From NCBI GenBank assembly GCA_003223895.1, contig QHXD01000015.1, positions 441 to 43,110 on the forward strand: 42,670 nt of DNA. Direction: 5' to 3'. The DNA is from Acidobacteriota bacterium. GTDB taxonomy: Bacteria > Acidobacteriota > Terriglobia > 20CM-2-55-15. Within the stretch, counting starts at the first letter, position 1, and the number at the start of each line of letters is the position of its first letter. Position numbers and translations under genes: made by a program. Shown here piece by piece: positions 36,495 through 42,670 of the stretch. The notes under the pieces were generated by a model that was given only the letters and a program-made list of their open reading frames with translations, ran no database searches and was not told where the DNA came from.

Positions 36495-37109
36495 ATGACA
36501 GAGCAACTGGTTACGCAGTGGATCGTCCATTACGGATACTTCGCTGTGTTTTTTCTTCTCATTTTTGGAATTATCGGGTTGCCCATTCCTGATGAATGGC
36601 TGCTGGTTCTTGCGGGTTATCTCGTATTTAGAGATATTTTAGCTTTTGCTCCCACGGTTCTGGTCGCGGGCCTGGGCAGCATTTGCGGCCTCACCGCCAG
36701 TTATTTTTTCGGCAGGACATCCACCAATCTTGTATTTGGCCGTCATGGACGCTGGTTCTCCATCAGCGAAGAGAGCCTCCAGCGTGCGGAACACTGGTTC
36801 CAAAACCTGGGCCGATGGACCCTGGTTGTGGGCCCATTTATTCCGGGCATCCGCAACCTCATGGGATACGTGGCCGGAGCGTCGCGAGTGAAACTGCACG
36901 TTTTTGCGCGGTTCGCCTATACGGGCGCCGTGATCTCGTCGCTAACCTTCATAACCTTCGGATACTTTGCTGGAAAGCACGTCACGTGGGCTTATTCCAA
37001 GACCGGGCTGATTGCGTTACCCGGGGCGATCCTGCTCGGCCTGTGTGCAGGTGTGCCTTTTGGGAAGCGTGCTATCAGAAAGTGGAAACCGCCTACCACT
37101 GCATTATGA
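36495..37109 (+). CDS. DedA family membrane protein
   Basis: It is multi-TM, with GIIGLPIPDE and F.PG.R segments typical of DedA/SNARE-associated proteins. I preferred the ATG at 36495 over the TTG at 36474. Confidence 0.75.
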   Translation: MTEQLVTQWIVHYGYFAVFFLLIFGIIGLPIPDEWLLVLAGYLVFRDILAFAPTVLVAGLGSICGLTASYFFGRTSTNLVFGRHGRWFSISEESLQRAEHWFQNLGRWTLVVGPFIPGIRNLMGYVAGASRVKLHVFARFAYTGAVISSLTFITFGYFAGKHVTWAYSKTGLIALPGAILLGLCAGVPFGKRAIRKWKPPTTAL

Positions 37110-37129
37110 TTTGAAGCCGGGAGGCTGGC

Positions 37130-38599
37130 GTGAAACACCAGTGGATCGGCGGACGAGAAGTTCAAAGCAAGGGTCAGGCGCTCGAAGTCATCAATCCTGC
37201 AACGGAAGACATCATCGATGAAGTGACCCGCGGAACCATAGATGACGCGGGTCACGCCGTCAGCGCGGCGCGGCAGGCCTTTCAAAAGTGGCGATGGATT
37301 CCCGGCGCGGAAAAAGCTCAAGCCCTCCATCGAATTGCTTCGAATCTGCGCGGGCATCAGAAGGAACTCGCAACACTGATGACCCTGGAGGGTGGGAAGC
37401 CATTCTGTGAAAACCGCGACGAAGTGGAGTGGACGGCCTCCTGTTTCGACTATTACGCCGAAATCGGCCGGAACTCCCGCGGCACGTCGCTACCGCCCGT
37501 TTTCGAGCACCAGGTAAATTTCACGATCAAAGAACCTTACGGCGTTGTCGCGGCTATCATTCCCTGGAATTACCCGCTGCTTCTCCTGTCATGGAAAGTC
37601 GCGCCGGCGCTGGCTGCGGGAAACACTGTGGTCATCAAGCCGAGCGAGGAAACGCCGCTGGCGACGCTTGCACTTGCCGAAGTATTTGCTGAGCTTCCGC
37701 CAGGCGTCGTGAACATCGTAACCGGCTTCGGCGAGGAAGTTGGCGAGGCGCTGGTACGTCATAAAGGAACGGACCTGATCGCGCTGACGGGATCGGTCGA
37801 GACCGGCAAGCGCGTCGCACAGAGCTGCGCTGCTGAGATCAAGAAAACACATCTCGAGCTAGGCGGCAACGATCCCTTCATCGTGTGCAGTGACGCCGAT
37901 CTGGAAGTCGTCACGCGTGCAGCGTGTTGGGCGGCGTATTTGAATGCGGGTCAAGTCTGCACGGGGGCGAAACGCTTCTATGTCTTCGATGCCATCGCGG
38001 ACGATTTCACCGACCGCGTCGTCCGATTTACGCGTTCGTTGAAACTGGGCGACGGGATGGACCCAAATACCGACATCGGGCCAGCCATTAATCTGACACA
38101 GCTCCAGGACGTACATTCGCGCGTGGAAGAAGCCGTCCGAGATGGCGCGCGGATTCTCACGGGTGGGAGTCGATCTACCATTTTCAAAAAGGGATTCTTT
38201 TACGAACCAACCGTCATGGTGGATGTCCGGCAGGAGATGCGTTTGGTCCAGACCGAGACTTTTGGCCCTGTCCTTCCCATCATGCGAGTTCGCGACATCG
38301 ACCACGCCATCGAGCTGGCGAATGATTCCACTTATGGACTGGGCGCAAACATCTACACCAACAACATGGAGTGGGCCATGAAGGCCATGGAACGGATCAC
38401 GGCCGGCACGTTCTGGATCAACGATCCGTTGACCGACAACGATGCCGGTCCTTTTGGAGGCATGCGTCAGACCGGCCATTCTCGAGAACTGGGCGAAGAG
38501 GGCCTGGACGAATTCCGAGAAACGAAGCATGTCCACCTGGACTACAAACAAGAGATTAAGCCTTACTGGTACCCTTATTCGGAATACAACAAGAGGTGA
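37130..38599 (+). CDS. NAD(P)+-dependent aldehyde dehydrogenase
   Basis: GTG start with GGGAGG upstream. It has ELGGNDP (catalytic Glu) and GQVCTGAKR (catalytic Cys), plus WNYPL and PFGG motifs. Confidence 0.9.
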   Translation: MKHQWIGGREVQSKGQALEVINPATEDIIDEVTRGTIDDAGHAVSAARQAFQKWRWIPGAEKAQALHRIASNLRGHQKELATLMTLEGGKPFCENRDEVEWTASCFDYYAEIGRNSRGTSLPPVFEHQVNFTIKEPYGVVAAIIPWNYPLLLLSWKVAPALAAGNTVVIKPSEETPLATLALAEVFAELPPGVVNIVTGFGEEVGEALVRHKGTDLIALTGSVETGKRVAQSCAAEIKKTHLELGGNDPFIVCSDADLEVVTRAACWAAYLNAGQVCTGAKRFYVFDAIADDFTDRVVRFTRSLKLGDGMDPNTDIGPAINLTQLQDVHSRVEEAVRDGARILTGGSRSTIFKKGFFYEPTVMVDVRQEMRLVQTETFGPVLPIMRVRDIDHAIELANDSTYGLGANIYTNNMEWAMKAMERITAGTFWINDPLTDNDAGPFGGMRQTGHSRELGEEGLDEFRETKHVHLDYKQEIKPYWYPYSEYNKR

Positions 38600-39702
38600 G
38601 AAGCTTCGTCGTCCTTGGCGCGGGTGCGATTGGCCGGGTGATTGTGCGCGACCTTTTCGAGTCGCATCCAAAAAACAAGATCCTGGTTGCGGATTTGGAC
38701 CTCGCGTCGGCGCGCCGGTTGGCATCCGGCTTTCGGTCGAAGCGGGTGGAAGCTGCATTCGCAGACGCCTCTGATCCCCGGCATCTGCGCGGCGTCATAG
38801 GCGGTCACAAAGTCATTATCAATTCCACGCGCCATCATTTGAACCTTGGCGTCATGGCGGCAGCTCTCGACGCCAGGGTCCACTACGTCGATCTCGGGGG
38901 TCTTTTCACCTGGACCCGGCGACAGCTCCGGCTGCATCGTCGATTCCGGGAACGGGGCGTCCTTGCGATTCTTGGCATGGGTTGCGCTCCAGGCCTGACG
39001 AATCTGCTCGCTATAGCTGCCGCAGAGCAGCTCGACCGCGTGGAAGCGGTTCGAATTCGCGTAGGTTCCGCGGATTTCAACACGATGTCGGACTCGTTTT
39101 CTTTTGCCTATTCCGCTGAGACGATCATCGAAGAACTCACGCTAAAGCCCTGGAAATGGAGCCGGGGCCGCTTTGCTCAAGTGCCGGCACGAAGCGGATG
39201 GGAGATGGTGCGGTTCGGGCCGCCGGTCGGCGACCGATGGGTTGTTACAACCCGTCACAGTGAGATCGCCACGTTGCCGCGGGTGCTGCGGAAGCGAGGA
39301 CTTGCATATGCCGATTTCAAAGTCAGCTTCGACCGGGCATTTGTCCGCGAGTTGGTTCGGCGGCTTCGCATAGGATGGACTATTCCCGAGCTGGCGAAGC
39401 TTACAACCACACGTTCGCAAGCTAACGACTACGAGATCGCTCGCGTCGAAGTATCCGGACGTGCAGAGGGATCGAAGCGCCGTTGCATTGCAGAATGTCA
39501 CGCTCGCGCCAATTCAAAGTGGAACGCGAGCGCGGGCGATATCGATACGGCATGTCCTGCATCGATAGTTGCCCAGATGATTGCCAGCGGAGAGATTGAC
39601 CGCCGCGGTGTCTTTGCGCCGGAAGACGTAGCGAATCCAAACAGGGTTTTCGACGAATGCCGGAACAGAGGAATGAAGTTTAGTTTTTCCGGTCCTCTGT
39701 AG
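38596..39702 (+). CDS. Saccharopine dehydrogenase-like NAD(P)-binding oxidoreductase
   Basis: VVLGAGAIGRVIVRDL Rossmann N-terminus and a domain layout like Sacchrp_dh. The GTG start overlaps the ALDH stop (GTGA). Confidence 0.7.
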   Translation: MRSFVVLGAGAIGRVIVRDLFESHPKNKILVADLDLASARRLASGFRSKRVEAAFADASDPRHLRGVIGGHKVIINSTRHHLNLGVMAAALDARVHYVDLGGLFTWTRRQLRLHRRFRERGVLAILGMGCAPGLTNLLAIAAAEQLDRVEAVRIRVGSADFNTMSDSFSFAYSAETIIEELTLKPWKWSRGRFAQVPARSGWEMVRFGPPVGDRWVVTTRHSEIATLPRVLRKRGLAYADFKVSFDRAFVRELVRRLRIGWTIPELAKLTTTRSQANDYEIARVEVSGRAEGSKRRCIAECHARANSKWNASAGDIDTACPASIVAQMIASGEIDRRGVFAPEDVANPNRVFDECRNRGMKFSFSGPL

Positions 39703-40393
39703 CTGTCTGGACCGATTCGTAGGAATATTCGATCGACAATACCGACTGGCCGGCAATCAGGATGTTGCTCGACGAGTCGAGGCGATCCGGAAGCCACATG
39801 TCGTTGATCTTCCTGTACCGGCGATCTATTTCAGTATGGAGGGTCCAGAACGAGGGCCGCTTTGCAGGCGATCCGTGGATTCGAACAATGCTGTAGTCTT
39901 CGGCGTCGATCCAGACTTCGCCGTCCAAAGAGTATTTATCGCGCCGCTTGGGCGAAATCGTCAGATGGAAGCAGGCTCGTCCGTTGCATTCTTCGGACCC
40001 TTCGAGCTGGAAACTATAGTTAGCGGGAATAATGTCGACCAGCTGCTTTGCCTTTCTGGTGTGCGTCTCACTTTCCGCTTCAAGAATCCTATCGAACACT
40101 CGCGAACGAATAAGCTTCGAACCTTCCTGAGAGGTCACAGTCGATTGCATCTCGTCCGGACGCCGGAAGGTTGTCTGCACGTGCATCGTGGAATCGGTCT
40201 TGAAACGGGAGTTGATGGCATAAAACTTACGCTGGGCCCGAAATTCGAGGAGCTTGCGCTGCTGCACTTCGTTTCGGGCCATCATCCTGTCGAGAATTTG
40301 CGAGAGTGATATATTGGTGTCCGGATTCCCGGGAGTTTGAGCCTGGGCATGACTGGAAAAAAAGAGCAAAAGAGCAAGGCACCAGAATTTCAT
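39680..40393 (-). CDS. Secreted hypothetical protein (tentatively outer-membrane lipoprotein-sorting / LolA-like fold)
   Basis: It has a signal peptide, MKFWCLALLLFFSSHAQA. The fold call is a weak impression only. Its 3' end overlaps the convergent gene by 23 nt. Confidence 0.5.
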   Translation of the reverse strand: MKFWCLALLLFFSSHAQAQTPGNPDTNISLSQILDRMMARNEVQQRKLLEFRAQRKFYAINSRFKTDSTMHVQTTFRRPDEMQSTVTSQEGSKLIRSRVFDRILEAESETHTRKAKQLVDIIPANYSFQLEGSEECNGRACFHLTISPKRRDKYSLDGEVWIDAEDYSIVRIHGSPAKRPSFWTLHTEIDRRYRKINDMWLPDRLDSSSNILIAGQSVLSIEYSYESVQTATEDRKN

Positions 40394-40433
40394 TCTGCGC
40401 TATTATAGCCGCGACAAACCCTATGGAGTCTAT

Positions 40434-41081
40434 GTGTTCCTTTCACTGCTCAAGTTGCACTCCAATAAACCGATCTTAGCCGGGCTGTTCGCAGGTCTAT
40501 TCGTTCTTGTCGCTCCGAAGTGGGCGGACGCCGCACACAAAGGCGTCTCCTACCACGCGACCGTCGGCCGGGATCTTGACGGCGACCACATACCCGAAAC
40601 TGCCACGGTCCATCAGAGCGGGTCCGTTTACCGGGTCAGCATCCATTTCACCAGTGGCCGTCCCCGGCTGAGGCTCACGGTCTACCGCCCAGAAGGCGAA
40701 GCTGGTCTCAGTTTTGAGGCAAGGGACATCGATAATGACCACAACACAGACCTGGTCATCACCAGCGCCACTTCGCTGCAGCCTCTTGCCGTATGGCTGA
40801 ATCGGGGCAAAGCGAAATTTCAGAAAGTACGTCCGTGGCCCTATGGCCGATTTGGCAACTATACGGGTCCTTCGCTGAATCATCACCGGACCACACACCA
40901 GCCGTGTCCGGCTGTGAGCAGTTCCAGCGACCTGTTGGCCCACCCGGTGGAAATGGACCACCTGTCCCATAGCGGACCGGATGTCCAGCATGCAGGTCAT
41001 TCGGATCCCGAACACCGAGGCTCCGATCTCATCCTTCGACAGGTTTCCCCCAGAGGTCCTCCGCTTCACATCGCGCTCTGA
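40434..41081 (+). CDS. Hypothetical exported protein with FG-GAP/calcium-loop-like DxDxDxxxD segments and a His-rich C-terminus
   Basis: GTG start with a hydrophobic N-terminus, ILAGLFAGLFVLVAP. It has DLDGDHIPE and DIDNDHNTDLVI segments. No family was recognised. Confidence 0.4.
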   Translation: MFLSLLKLHSNKPILAGLFAGLFVLVAPKWADAAHKGVSYHATVGRDLDGDHIPETATVHQSGSVYRVSIHFTSGRPRLRLTVYRPEGEAGLSFEARDIDNDHNTDLVITSATSLQPLAVWLNRGKAKFQKVRPWPYGRFGNYTGPSLNHHRTTHQPCPAVSSSSDLLAHPVEMDHLSHSGPDVQHAGHSDPEHRGSDLILRQVSPRGPPLHIAL

Positions 41082-41159
41082 AAGTACGGTTCGCCGAAAG
41101 GAAACGCCTGCAGCACGCGCTTCCTTTTCAAGTTGCTCATTCTTTCGTGTGGAGGCTCT

Positions 41160-42566
41160 ATGCGTGTTGTACTCGCCGATCTCAAAGGACGCGGCGGTTT
41201 TGTGAACAAAGATACGGTTGTCGGAGGCTACGGATCGCGATTTCGAGGATTTTCATGGACGACCCGGTGGGTAGAGCGTGCCCGAAAGCTCTATCAGAAT
41301 GTGCCGAGTATTCACGTCGCTTATCTGGCGGCGATCTTTGCGGACGCCGGTCATGACGTCCGGATTACACATGAAAAAGCCGTCGAGGGAGACGTTGCTC
41401 TGGTCTTGAGCTCCATGGTGGACCACCGCCATGAGGTGGAATGGGCGGAAGAAACGAAGCGAAAGTTCCGAATGCCCGTGGGATTTTTTGGAGCACCCGC
41501 GACCCACACACCCGAACTCTTGGCAAATCATGCCGATTTCCTGATTAAAGGAGAGCCGGAACACGCCGTGATGCGGATGGCCGCGGGCGAAACAATGACA
41601 GGCATTGTACAGAGTCCCGCAATTTCGAACCTGGACACACTGCCCTTTCCGGCCTGGGATTTGTTTCCGCGCGGCCGCGTGCGTCACGCCATCGGCCGTT
41701 CGCTGTTGGCAGCGCATTCGGCATTTCCGGTGCTATCGAGCAGAAGTTGTCCCGAGTTCTGTACATATTGCCCACATCGAATCACGGCGCCTTATCGGTC
41801 ACGATCGCCTGAAAACGTCGTCGCAGAAATCGAAGAAATCTGCCGCCAGAACAATCGGGCATACCTGATTTTCCGCGACCCTCTCTTCACGAAGGAAAGA
41901 GACCGCAGCATGGGCATCGCCGAGGGGATCATCCGCAAAGGCCTGCCGGTGCGGTTCGAATGCGAGACGCGGCTGGACGACCTGGATAAAGACCTGATCG
42001 ATCTGCTGCATCGCGCCGGCCTCGCAACAGTAACGTTTGGAGTGGAAGCCTTAGACCCGGCAACGCTAAAAAAAGTGGGGCGCCGGCCAATTCCTCCGGA
42101 GCATCAGCGTGAGATCGTGGCATACTGCCGTGCCAAAGGGATCTCGACTGAGGGCTTCTACGTTCTTGGGTTTCTTACAGACACGGTTGAGAGCATACGC
42201 GCCTCGATCGAATATTCGGTGGATCTGGGAAGCACGCTGGCCCTCTATAAGATCCTGACCCCTTATCCGGGAACGCCGTTGTACAAGCACATGAAGCCCC
42301 TGATCACGGAAACCGACCCGGAAAAGTTCGATGGTTATACCCCTACTTTCCAGCATCCGAATCTGAGCGCGGATGATCTCAGGTACCTCCTCGCAGCCGC
42401 GTATGCCAGGTTTTACTTTCGGCCGTCATGGGGCGTGAACTATCTGGGACTCGGACGTTGGCATCTCAGCGCGTTGCGTCGCCTCGAGGCTTACCTTCAG
42501 CGCCGGCACGTCGAACATCACATCGCATTTTTCGGAGCGCCGGGCTCAAAGGCAAACCAGCAATGA
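41160..42566 (+). CDS. B12-binding-domain-type radical SAM protein
   Basis: The ATG at 41160 is preceded by GGAGG. It has CPEFCTYC (CX3CX2C) after an N-terminal Rossmann-like domain. The overall layout resembles class B / HpnJ-like radical SAM enzymes. Confidence 0.8.
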   Translation: MRVVLADLKGRGGFVNKDTVVGGYGSRFRGFSWTTRWVERARKLYQNVPSIHVAYLAAIFADAGHDVRITHEKAVEGDVALVLSSMVDHRHEVEWAEETKRKFRMPVGFFGAPATHTPELLANHADFLIKGEPEHAVMRMAAGETMTGIVQSPAISNLDTLPFPAWDLFPRGRVRHAIGRSLLAAHSAFPVLSSRSCPEFCTYCPHRITAPYRSRSPENVVAEIEEICRQNNRAYLIFRDPLFTKERDRSMGIAEGIIRKGLPVRFECETRLDDLDKDLIDLLHRAGLATVTFGVEALDPATLKKVGRRPIPPEHQREIVAYCRAKGISTEGFYVLGFLTDTVESIRASIEYSVDLGSTLALYKILTPYPGTPLYKHMKPLITETDPEKFDGYTPTFQHPNLSADDLRYLLAAAYARFYFRPSWGVNYLGLGRWHLSALRRLEAYLQRRHVEHHIAFFGAPGSKANQQ

Positions 42567-42670
42567 TTCGCACAATAGCGCGTTATGGCGTTCGTCACAT
42601 TCCGGGCTCGACGTGGACTGCACTCAAAGCACTCGCGCGCGGGGATGGAGTTCGGGGGCCGGCCATTCGC
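42563..42670 (+). CDS. 5' end of an unidentified ORF, translationally coupled (ATGA) to the radical SAM gene and truncated by the window edge
   Basis: The ATG at 42563 overlaps the TGA at 42564-42566. The frame stays open to the window end (MIRTIARYGVRHIPGSTWTALKALARG...). Confidence 0.3.
   Translation, partial: MIRTIARYGVRHIPGSTWTALKALARGDGVRGPAIR

Overview
This is a high-GC, tightly packed chromosomal segment. Gene content and repeat style suggest a soil Acidobacteriota-like bacterium, but that is inference only. All product calls come from motifs I recognise in the supplied translations; no searches were run.

About 45 protein genes are present, in this order:
- 0.1-4.1 kb: sugar-modification genes (Tyv-like epimerase, two GT2 glycosyltransferases, a methyltransferase).
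- 4.1-10.4 kb: a TonB-C-terminal-domain fusion protein, a crcB-DUF190 fluoride module, a radical SAM gene, pccB and tal.
- 10.5-20.9 kb: a long minus-strand housekeeping run of dprA, topA, folC, plsC, a glutamine amidotransferase (GATase), a secreted protein, hslV, hslU and a lipoprotein.
- 21-27.6 kb: redoxins, hydrolases, rlmN, a GNAT, a Uma2 nuclease and an MBL hydrolase.
- 27.6-36.4 kb: a purB-S-Q-L-F-M-N operon plus tyrS.
- 36.5-42.7 kb: DedA, a translationally coupled aldehyde dehydrogenase/saccharopine-dehydrogenase pair, and a cluster with a B12-type radical SAM gene that runs off the 3' edge.

I saw no rRNA, tRNA, CRISPR array, transposase or recognisable defence genes.

The unusual content is mostly non-coding. 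Nearly every intergenic gap holds a perfect or near-perfect palindromic repeat, from at least five unrelated families.

The best candidate for something new is at 16.8-17.3 kb. A four-helix-bundle (23S-rRNA-IVS/Avd family) gene sits between inverted heptanucleotide microsatellites, (GCCAGAA)n and (TTCTGGC)n. A cargo-less version of the same hairpin lies at 22.9-23.05 kb.

Secondary oddities:
- purF is split by a deletion plus frameshift.
- purL appears to lack the conserved SESQERM segment.
- Two enzymes carry substitutions at canonical catalytic positions: SDR Tyr to Phe, and alpha/beta-hydrolase Ser to Ala.
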